Assembly (NCBI GenBank): GCA_036560685.1
Contig: DATBQT010000049.1
Location: 1 to 30,859 of the forward strand
Reading direction: 5' to 3'
Length of the DNA stretch: 30,859 nucleotides
Origin: Acidimicrobiales bacterium
GTDB lineage: Bacteria; Actinomycetota; Acidimicrobiia; Acidimicrobiales; RAAP-2
Shown piece by piece: positions 18,398 to 25,716 of the stretch. Position numbers and translations under genes: made by a program. The notes beneath the pieces were generated by a model, which was not told where the DNA came from, made no database searches, and saw only the letters and a program-made list of their open reading frames with translations. Numbering within the stretch: the stretch's first letter is position 1; the number at the start of each line of letters is the position of its first letter.

Positions 18398-19209
18398 CTC
18401 ACTCCTTGGAAGAGGTCGTGCTCGGGCAGCGGCGTGCCCGTCGTGTCGAGGCCGCGCACGTAGCGCTCGACGCCGAAGACGGCGTCGAAGACCTCATCGG
18501 GCATGCCGACGAGGTCCGCGTTGTCCACCTGCGTGGCATGCGCGGCGAGGGCGGCGTGCTTGAGCCGCACCCACTTGGTGCAGTCCACCTCAGTGCCGAC
18601 CAGCTCGTCGGGGGTCCCCCAGTCGGGTGCTTCGAGCCACTCTGGCAGCACCATGCCCGCGTCGCGGGCGAGCTGGAGGAATCCGGCGAGCAGGGACTCG
18701 GGGATCGCGGGGAAGTAGACCTTGGCCGCGGATCCGGTGCGCTCGACCGCCACCATCGTGGCGCGATGGGCGAAGACGTGGTCGGGATGGCCGTAGAAGC
18801 CGCGCTCGTCGTAGGTGACGACGACCTGCGGGCGCTCTTGGTCGATGACCGCGGCGATGCGGTCGGCGACCTCGTCGAGGGGCTGGTTGATGAACGCGGT
18901 CGCGAGCTCGTTCTCGGGCCACCCGAGCATCCCCGAGTCGCGGTAGCCCAGCATCTCGAGGCGGTCCACGCCCAAGAGGCTCGCGGAGGCCTCGAGCTCG
19001 ACTTGGCGCGCCTTGGCGACCGCGGTGCGGTCGTGGCCGTCTTCGTGCGGGCCGATGCCGTCAGGGCCGAACCCGAGGCTGCCGTCGGTGCAGGTCACGA
19101 GCACGCTGCGGACGCCGTCGGCGGCGTACCTCGCCATGACGCCGGCGCTGAACAGCGCCTCGTCGTCGGGGTGTGCGTGGACGCACAGGAGGCACCGCTC
19201 GGCTTGCAC
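18394..19209 (-). CDS. PIG-L/LmbE family Zn deacetylase/amidase (MshB/Mca-like), copy 1
   Basis: Motifs 'VHAHPDDE', 'VTCTDG', 'YDERGFYGHPDH', 'AHATQ'. GTG is 6 nt after TAGGGT. Confidence 0.9.
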   Translation of the reverse strand: MQAERCLLCVHAHPDDEALFSAGVMARYAADGVRSVLVTCTDGSLGFGPDGIGPHEDGHDRTAVAKARQVELEASASLLGVDRLEMLGYRDSGMLGWPENELATAFINQPLDEVADRIAAVIDQERPQVVVTYDERGFYGHPDHVFAHRATMVAVERTGSAAKVYFPAIPESLLAGFLQLARDAGMVLPEWLEAPDWGTPDELVGTEVDCTKWVRLKHAALAAHATQVDNADLVGMPDEVFDAVFGVERYVRGLDTTGTPLPEHDLFQGVR

Positions 19210-19247
19210 CGCGTCACCCTACGGGGTCGGCTCGGAGCGTCGACGCG

Positions 19248-20846
19248 TCAGGCGACCGCGAGCCGGACGACCCGGATCACCAGCAGCACCGTGGAGGCCG
19301 CGAGGTACAGCCCGATGAGGCCGAAGAGGATGCGCCGCCCCAAGGACTGGGGCGGTTGGGCGAGCAAGGTCAGCCGCGGGGTCCGCCAGTTGAACTTGTC
19401 ACCGTAGGAGTCCGGTGGCGGGGCGGTTGCCGAGCTGCGCGCGAGCAGCGGCGCGAGGACGCAGAACGCCACGACCGCGGCGATCCCGAGCGCCTCGAGG
19501 AGCGGGATCACCGGCGTGCCCGGCAGCACGGTCGTAGCCATGAGCGTCGCCGAGAGCGCGAAGAGCGCGAGGACGATCGCGAGCGAGACGAGGTTCTGGC
19601 CACGCCCGTTGGTCCATGGTCCGAGCACCTCGCGGTCGTTGCACAGCACGAGCGCGAACACCGTCGTCGCTGGCAGCAGGATCCCGCAGGCGGCCTGCAC
19701 CGCGAGCGTGATGATCCCCTGGGCGCGCGGATCGGTCGCGAGCACGGTCGCGCCGGCGACCGCGATGAGGCCCGCGATCATGCCGTAGAAGACCTTGGCG
19801 TCGCGCACCCGCGAGTTGAGCGACTGGCGCAGCCCCGAGACGTCGCCGATCGCGTAGCTGCTGGCAAGCGTGACCGTCGCCGCACCGATAACCGAGGCGT
19901 TGAGCAGCAGGATCGCGAAGAAGGCCCCGGCCCACGGGCCGACGTAGTGCTGCAGGGTCTGTGCGACGCCGAGCGCGTCGGTGTACATGCCCGACGCGGG
20001 CGTCCCCGCGACCCCCGCCGCGACGGCGGCGACGATCATGATGGCCGTGACGATGACGACGAACGCGCCGATGACGGTGTCGGCGCGCTCGTAGTTGAGC
20101 CACCTCGTCGTGATCTTCTTGTCCACGATGTTGGACTGCTGGAAGTACAGCTGCCACGGCGCGACCGTCGTGCCCACGATCGAGATCGTGAGCAGCACCG
20201 CGGGCGGCTTGAAGCCGCCCGCGGCGCCGGGGACGAACAGGCCGTGGAGCACGCCGCCCGAGGGGTGCGACAGCACGAGCAGCGGGATGGCGAGGAGGCT
20301 GACCACGATGAAGACGAACATGATCCGCTCCCAGCGGCGATAGCTGCCCGTCGCGATGATCGCGAGCAGCCCGAGTCCCGCGATCGGGACCGAGATCTCC
20401 GGGCGAACGCCGAAGTAGGTGAGCGAGAGCGCGACGCCGATGAACTCGGTGATGATGATGAGGAAGTTGACCGCAAGGATGCTCGAGACCGCGACGGCCC
20501 CCCAGAGCCGCCCGAAGCGCTCTCGGATCAGGCGGGCGTGGCCGACGCCGGTGACGGCGCCCAGGCGCGCGACCATCTCTTGGTTGACGATGAGGACGGG
20601 GATGCACAGCATCAGGGTCCACAGGAGGGTCAGCCCGTAGTCCTGGCCCGCCTGCGCGTACGTCGAGATTCCGCCGGCGTCGTTGTCGCCGACCGTGACG
20701 ATGAGCCCGGGGCCGATGATCGCGAGAAGCGTGAGCAGGCGTGCGCGTGCGCCGACGCGCGCGCCGACGTCGTGCTCCTGGATGGTCCCGAACGCGCCGA
20801 GGATGTCCTCGGCGCCCCTGCGGTCGTGGCCGCTCTGCGCAGGCAT
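19248..20846 (-). CDS. NRAMP-family divalent metal transporter of the NRMT (Mg2+-type) clade
   Basis: TM1 motif is 'GDNDAGG' rather than the MntH 'DPGN'. TM6 is 'GTTVAPWQLYFQQS'. About 12 TM segments. Strong SD GAGGAGGTG. Confidence 0.9.
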   Translation of the reverse strand: MPAQSGHDRRGAEDILGAFGTIQEHDVGARVGARARLLTLLAIIGPGLIVTVGDNDAGGISTYAQAGQDYGLTLLWTLMLCIPVLIVNQEMVARLGAVTGVGHARLIRERFGRLWGAVAVSSILAVNFLIIITEFIGVALSLTYFGVRPEISVPIAGLGLLAIIATGSYRRWERIMFVFIVVSLLAIPLLVLSHPSGGVLHGLFVPGAAGGFKPPAVLLTISIVGTTVAPWQLYFQQSNIVDKKITTRWLNYERADTVIGAFVVIVTAIMIVAAVAAGVAGTPASGMYTDALGVAQTLQHYVGPWAGAFFAILLLNASVIGAATVTLASSYAIGDVSGLRQSLNSRVRDAKVFYGMIAGLIAVAGATVLATDPRAQGIITLAVQAACGILLPATTVFALVLCNDREVLGPWTNGRGQNLVSLAIVLALFALSATLMATTVLPGTPVIPLLEALGIAAVVAFCVLAPLLARSSATAPPPDSYGDKFNWRTPRLTLLAQPPQSLGRRILFGLIGLYLAASTVLLVIRVVRLAVA

Positions 20847-21042
20847 GTCACCTCCTCTGGTCGTTGTGCGGGCGCCGCCGCACGCGTCACGACGAGGAGG
20901 AGGCGAACCCCCTTCTTCGGCGTGCAGCGCGAGGCAGCATCGGTTCGAGCCGCCAGCGGCGGCTCGGTCTACTTGGGGGTTGCAGCTGCCCCCCCTTCGC
21001 TCGGCGCAGGATCCCGCCGACGGCGCACCTCGACGACGGCGG
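20847..21042 (-). promoter_or_regulatory. structured intercistronic leader of the NRAMP-type transporter; candidate translational riboswitch/attenuator
   Basis: Anti-SD CCUCCUC(CUC) (20894-20903) is complementary to the SD (20851-20857) within a three-segment hairpin. There is a 9-bp hairpin at 20946-20966 and two crossing helices. See findings. Confidence 0.55.
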
Positions 21043-22302
21043 TCACTCCTCGACCGCCGTCATGCCGAAGTCGCGCCGCCAGCCCTGCGGCAACAGGAGC
21101 TCGAGCAGGTCGTCGACGGTGACCACACCGAGGACGCGCCCATGGCTCTCCTCGAGGACCGGGACGACGGTCAGGTTGAAGTCGCTCATGGTCCGAGCGA
21201 TGCGGTGCACGTCCCAGTGGGGGTGGACGTGGGCGGGGTCCGCCCGCATGACGTCGGCCACGTGGGCGGTCGGGCGCGAGCGGACGAGGGTGACGACGGG
21301 CACGGAGCCGGCGAGGCGACCGTCGTCGTCGAGGGCGAACACGACGTTCAGCGCCTCGATCGGCGCGGTCGCGGTGCGCGTCGCGTCGAGCGCCTCCTCG
21401 ACGGTGGCGGTCGCGGCGACGCCCACGTAGTCCGGGCTCATGAGCCCGCCGGCCGACTCGGCGGGATAGCTGAGCAGATTGCGCACCTTGCGCTGCTGTG
21501 GCTCGGCCATGAGCTCGAGCAGCGGGAGTCGGCGCTCCTGGTCCACCTCGCTGATCAGGTCGGCCGCGTCGTCCGGGGCCATCCGCGAGAGCAGCCGCGC
21601 CGCGTCGTCATCGGAGCGCTGGTCGATGAACTCCAGCTGGTGCTCGGTGTCGAGCTCTTCGAACACGTCCGCCTCGAGCTCCCGGTCGAGCCCGACGGCC
21701 TCGATGATCTCCTCACCCTCCTCGTGGCTCGCCGCCTCGACGAGGTCGGCGATCTGGGCTGGGTGCAGCTTGGACAGCCGCCGGTAGGGGATGCGCAGCC
21801 TGGCCGAGGGCACGTGGCCCACGAACGGCTCGATCTGTGCGAAGTCGACGAGCGACGTCGTCGCCACCTTGCTCCCGAGGCGGCCACCGAGCAGGCGCCG
21901 CAGCAGCGGGCGGCGACCGACGTCGACGCCCACCACCTCCCAGGTGCCCTCGACGTTGGCGAGCTCGATCTCATTGGCGGTGATCAACCGCCCTCGGACG
22001 AAGTTGATGAGGTGGCGCGCCAGCAGGTCGTGCGCGAGCAGCACCTCGCCGGGGCGACGCTCGAAACGGCGCAGGTCCACTCTCTTGCCCTCGAAGCGCG
22101 CGCGGCCCCGCTCGAACGAGGCGACCTTGCGGATGGGCACGAACAGGTCGCGGCCCTCGATGCGAACGACGACGCCGACCACGGGCGGGTGCGAGCCGCC
22201 GAGCCGCGCGACGACGTCCTCGATGCGCCCGATGCGCTCGCCGTCGCGGTCGACGAGCGGTCGGTGGATGACAGAGGAGAGGTGGAGGAGCTCGAGGGGC
22301 AT
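21043..22302 (-). CDS. soluble PRC-barrel + MgtE N-terminal + tandem CBS domain protein (no membrane domain)
   Basis: 'RPLVDRDGERIGRIEDVV' (PRC), 'LSKLHPAQIADLVE' and 'MAPDDAADL' (MgtE_N repeats), 'AGGLMSPDYV' and 'MSDFNLTVVPV...GVVTVDDLLE' (CBS). No hydrophobic TM stretch. Start at ATG 22302. Confidence 0.88.
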   Translation of the reverse strand: MPLELLHLSSVIHRPLVDRDGERIGRIEDVVARLGGSHPPVVGVVVRIEGRDLFVPIRKVASFERGRARFEGKRVDLRRFERRPGEVLLAHDLLARHLINFVRGRLITANEIELANVEGTWEVVGVDVGRRPLLRRLLGGRLGSKVATTSLVDFAQIEPFVGHVPSARLRIPYRRLSKLHPAQIADLVEAASHEEGEEIIEAVGLDRELEADVFEELDTEHQLEFIDQRSDDDAARLLSRMAPDDAADLISEVDQERRLPLLELMAEPQQRKVRNLLSYPAESAGGLMSPDYVGVAATATVEEALDATRTATAPIEALNVVFALDDDGRLAGSVPVVTLVRSRPTAHVADVMRADPAHVHPHWDVHRIARTMSDFNLTVVPVLEESHGRVLGVVTVDDLLELLLPQGWRRDFGMTAVEE

Positions 22303-22363
22303 GTCGTGGGTCCTGTCGACGCCCGCACAGGGCGACGCAAGGCTACCCGTTCGCCCTCGTGCC

Positions 22364-23374
22364 TCAGAGGGTGCGGAGGGCGGCAATGGCCGCGTCGAGC
22401 TTGTCGTCATCGACGTCGGCGTGCGTGACGAGTCGCGCGAGACGCGGCCCGACGGTCCCGATGAGCACGTTGCTCGCGGCCAGTCGCTCGACGAGCTCGT
22501 CGACGTGAGGGTGCTCGAAGACCACGATGTTCGTGCGGCACGCCCCTGGGTCGTAGTCGGGCGCGACGGTGTCGGCGACCGCCTCGGCGAGCCGTCGCGC
22601 GCGTGCGTGGTCGTCCGCGAGTCGCTCGACCATGGTGCGCAGCGCCACGAGGCCGGCGGCTGCGATGACGCCCGCCTGGCGCATGCCGCCGCCCAGGCGC
22701 TTGCGCTCGTCGCGGCTCTCGGCCATCACGTCGGACCCACCTGCGAGCAGCGAGCCGACCGGCGCGCAGAGCCCCTTGGACAGACAGCTCATGACCGTCG
22801 TCGCGGGTGCCGCGAGCTCGGCGGCACCGCACTCGAGCGCGATGGCGGCATTGAAGAGGCGTGCGCCGTCGAGGTGCACGGGCACGCCCTGCGCTGCAGC
22901 GACCATCGCTGCGGTCTGGGGGGCGGTGACGGGCACCCCGCCCGATGCCATGTGGGTGTTCTCGAGCGCGAGGAGCCCCACGGCGGGCTGGTGGTAGGCC
23001 TCGGCGTCGACCGCCGCGCGGATCGCGTCGGGATCGAGAGGGCCGGTCGTGTCGTCGAGAGTCCGAAACTGGACGCCCGCGTTCCTCGCCGCGGCACCCA
23101 TCTCGAAGGCGACGACGTGGTGCAGCGTGCCGGCGACCACGACGTCGCCGGGTCGCGTGAGCAGGCGCAGGGCGATCTGGTTCGCCATCACCCCGGAGGG
23201 AACGAAGACCGCGGCGGGCTTGCCGACCATCTCGGCGTAGAGCTCTTCGAGCTGGGTGACCGTCGGGTCCTCGCCCCAGCCGTCGTCGCCGACCTCGGCG
23301 TCGGCCATCGCCGCGCGCATCGCGGGCGTGGGCTTGGTGACCGTGTCGCTTCGCAGGTCCACGACGGGTGACAC
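22364..23374 (-). CDS. ltaE: low-specificity L-threonine aldolase (PLP)
   Basis: Motifs 'DLRSDTVT.PT..MR.AM..AEVGDD..GEDPTV', 'LENTH', 'HLDGARLFNA', 'CLSKGL.APVGS', 'GGGMRQAG'. Confidence 0.93.
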   Translation of the reverse strand: MSPVVDLRSDTVTKPTPAMRAAMADAEVGDDGWGEDPTVTQLEELYAEMVGKPAAVFVPSGVMANQIALRLLTRPGDVVVAGTLHHVVAFEMGAAARNAGVQFRTLDDTTGPLDPDAIRAAVDAEAYHQPAVGLLALENTHMASGGVPVTAPQTAAMVAAAQGVPVHLDGARLFNAAIALECGAAELAAPATTVMSCLSKGLCAPVGSLLAGGSDVMAESRDERKRLGGGMRQAGVIAAAGLVALRTMVERLADDHARARRLAEAVADTVAPDYDPGACRTNIVVFEHPHVDELVERLAASNVLIGTVGPRLARLVTHADVDDDKLDAAIAALRTL

Positions 23375-23380
23375 GCGCCG

Positions 23381-23422
23381 ATGCTACCGGCGAGGTTCGA
23401 GGCGCCCCGTGGGTCCTACACT
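23381..23422. promoter_or_regulatory. divergent leaderless promoters for ltaE (TAGCAT, minus, 23381-23386) and the thioesterase (TACACT, plus, 23417-23422)
   Basis: TANNNT hexamers 6 and 7 nt before the respective GTG starts. Confidence 0.5.
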
Positions 23423-23429
23423 CGCCGCC

Positions 23430-23843
23430 GTGGCCGACCGGGAGCGTGACCTCGCGGCGATGGCGTCCGGCGGGATCCACGCGATGCTCGGCGTCGAGAT
23501 CGTCGAGGCGAGCGCGCAGCGCGTGGAGCTCCACCTCGAGGTCGGACCGAAGGTGCACCAGCCATTCGGGATCCTCCATGGTGGCGTCTCGGCGCTGCTG
23601 GCGGAGTCCGCGGCGAGCATCGGCGGCTCGTTCGCCGCGCCTGAGGGGCACATGGTCGTGGGCATCGAGCTCAACGCGAACCACGTTCGATCCATGCGCG
23701 ACGGCACCCTCACGGCGGTCGCGACGCCGGTGCACGCCGGGCGACGGATCCAGGTCTGGAACATCGAGCTCACCGACGACCTGGGCCGGACCATCTGCGT
23801 CTCGAGGTGCACGCTCGCGGTGCTCGAGGCCGCTCGCGAGTAG
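23430..23843 (+). CDS. PaaI/hotdog-fold thioesterase (YdiI/MenI-like)
   Basis: Motifs 'HQPFGILHGGVSALLAES.AS', 'VGIELNANH.R', 'H.GRR.QVW'. GTG is 7 nt after TACACT. Confidence 0.88.
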   Translation: MADRERDLAAMASGGIHAMLGVEIVEASAQRVELHLEVGPKVHQPFGILHGGVSALLAESAASIGGSFAAPEGHMVVGIELNANHVRSMRDGTLTAVATPVHAGRRIQVWNIELTDDLGRTICVSRCTLAVLEAARE

Positions 23844-23905
23844 CCCGGTCCCACCAGACCAGCCACCTATGCTCGCGAGGTGACCTCGACGCGCAGGGGC
23901 GCCGC

Positions 23906-24832
23906 GTGAGCGGCCTCCGACTGATCGGCTGGGGCACGGCCCTGCCGGACCGGGTGGTCACGAACGACGAGCTGTCCGAGACGCTCGACACGTCCGACGC
24001 GTGGATCGCAGAGCGCACGGGCATCCGCCAGCGCCACGTGGGCGGGAGCGCCTCGACACTCGGGCTTGCGGCGGCCAGAACGGCGCTCGAGCGCGCCGGC
24101 GTCACCGCAGACGGCCTCGACGCGATCCTCCTCGCGACGACCACCCCGGACCGGCTCATCCCCGCGACGGCGCCCCTGATCCAAGACGCCCTCGGCGCGG
24201 AGTGCCCGGCGATGGACCTGAACGCGGCGTGCAGCGGCTTCATGTACGGCCTGTGGGTTGCCCGCGGCCTGCTCGCGACGGGCTCTCGGCGGGTGCTCCT
24301 CATCGGCGCCGAGCACCTGACCCGGTGGCTCGACTGGCAGGACCGATCGTTGGCCGTCCTCTTCGGCGACGGCGCTGGCGCGGTCGTCCTCGAGGCCACG
24401 AGCGACGCGGGCGACCTGCTGGGCTTCGACATCGGGGCAGACGGCAGCCTCGTGCACCTGATCAAGTGCGAGCATGGCGGCACGATCGAGATGGACGGCA
24501 AGGAGACCTTCCGCCGGGCAGTGCGCATCATGGTGGACTCCGCGCAGCGTGCACTGAAGGACGCGTCGATGTCGATCGAGGACGTCTCGCTCGTGGTCCC
24601 CCACCAGGCCAACCTTCGAATCATCCAGGCGGCGTGCGAGCGCCTCGGCGTGGACGAGAGTCGCGCGGTCTCGGTGATCGACCGCTACGGCAACACCTCC
24701 AGCGCGTCGATCCCGCTTGCGCTCGTCGACGCGCACGCAGAGGGGCGCATCGCGCCCGGCGACGTCCTGCTCCTCACGGGCTTCGGCGCCGGGATGACGT
24801 GGGCGAGCGCCGTGCTGCGGTGGCCCGCGTGA
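23906..24832 (+). CDS. fabH: beta-ketoacyl-ACP synthase III
   Basis: Cys-His-Asn triad motifs 'LNAACSGF', 'PHQAN' and 'GNTSSAS', plus 'LFGDGAGA' and 'GFGAGMTW'. Confidence 0.93.
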   Translation: MSGLRLIGWGTALPDRVVTNDELSETLDTSDAWIAERTGIRQRHVGGSASTLGLAAARTALERAGVTADGLDAILLATTTPDRLIPATAPLIQDALGAECPAMDLNAACSGFMYGLWVARGLLATGSRRVLLIGAEHLTRWLDWQDRSLAVLFGDGAGAVVLEATSDAGDLLGFDIGADGSLVHLIKCEHGGTIEMDGKETFRRAVRIMVDSAQRALKDASMSIEDVSLVVPHQANLRIIQAACERLGVDESRAVSVIDRYGNTSSASIPLALVDAHAEGRIAPGDVLLLTGFGAGMTWASAVLRWPA

Positions 24833-25683
24833 CCGCCTTCGTCATCCTCGCCGCAGGCCGCGCACGTCGCTACGGCGGCGTCAAGCCGCTCGCGCCGATC
24901 GGGCCGAACGACGAGGCCGTCATCGACCTGCTCGCGGGCGACGCCGTGCGCGCAGGATTCGACCGCCTGGTGCTCGTCATCAACCCCGACACCGGGAACC
25001 TGATCCGCAACCACGTGACGAGCGCGTGGCCCTCGAGCGTCGAGGTCTCCTATGCGGTGCAGCGCCGCCCGATCGGCACCGTCGACGCGGTCCTCGCCGC
25101 GCGCGACGACGCGGACGACGAGCACGCCTTCGCGGTGGCCAACGCGGACGACCTCTACGGCGTCGACGCGCTCTCGGTGCTCGCGACGCACCTGCGAGCG
25201 CACGGCACCAACAGCCTGGTGGGCTTCCGCCTCGACCGCGCGCTCGTCGGCGACCTGGGGGTCACCCGGGGGGTGTGCGAGGTGGCAGACGGCCGCCTCG
25301 TGTCGATCGTTGAGCGCCGCGACGTGCGCCAGGACGGCGGCGCCTTCCTGTCCGACGACGGCCTCGAGCCCAAGGAGCTGGACGCGTCGGCGCTCGTCTC
25401 GATGAACCTCTGGGGGTTCGATCCGCGCATGTGGCAGGTCTTCGCCGACGCGATGGACATGTCGTCCGACGCCCACGAGGACAATGAGGTCCTGCTCCCC
25501 GAGCTCGTGAGCCGCGTGGTGCAGGGCCTCAGGGGCGATGAGGCGCTGCGCTCGGTCAACGTGCTGGCCACGACGAGCCGGTGCATCGGGGTCACGCACC
25601 CCGACGACCTCGCCCTCGTCAAGGCCGACATCGCCGCGCAGATCGCCGCCGGCGAGCGACCGCTCGAGGCGTTCCCGGCCTGA
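24829..25683 (+). CDS. sugar-phosphate nucleotidyltransferase (NTP_transferase family)
   Basis: Motifs 'ILAAG...RYGGVK', 'PIGT.DAV', 'NADDLYG', 'TRGVC', 'SMNLWGF', 'GVTHPDD'. GTGA overlap with fabH. Confidence 0.85.
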   Translation: MTAFVILAAGRARRYGGVKPLAPIGPNDEAVIDLLAGDAVRAGFDRLVLVINPDTGNLIRNHVTSAWPSSVEVSYAVQRRPIGTVDAVLAARDDADDEHAFAVANADDLYGVDALSVLATHLRAHGTNSLVGFRLDRALVGDLGVTRGVCEVADGRLVSIVERRDVRQDGGAFLSDDGLEPKELDASALVSMNLWGFDPRMWQVFADAMDMSSDAHEDNEVLLPELVSRVVQGLRGDEALRSVNVLATTSRCIGVTHPDDLALVKADIAAQIAAGERPLEAFPA

Positions 25684-25716
25684 GCCCCGCGGGCCGCACT
25701 TGGCCCGGACATGACG

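Noticed and set aside
17576-19209. Gene symbols mshB or mca
   Set aside because: The shared PIG-L motifs do not distinguish the substrate, and neither copy can be confidently called the orthologue from sequence reading alone.
21014-21042. Guanidine-III (ykkC-III) riboswitch: CGAGGUGCGCCGU inside a CCGCCG/CGGCGG stem resembles its 5' half as I recall it
   Set aside because: The 3' CAGGAC...ACGGCGC pseudoknot strand does not follow, and the downstream gene is a metal transporter, not an SMR exporter.
20847-21042. M-box or yybP-ykoY riboswitch
   Set aside because: Their conserved strings (GUUAGGUGAGGC...CUAAAGC and AAAGGGGAGUAGC...GAGACC) are not visible. Kept as an unassigned candidate.
9430-22428. 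Long antisense or alternate-frame ORFs (e.g. 9474..10850 +, 16197..17903 +, 19173..21122 +, 20683..22428 +), and 26482..29691 + beyond this span
   Set aside because: These are shadow ORFs typical of high-GC coding DNA. They fully overlap genes with clear family motifs and give Arg/Gly-rich nonsense translations.
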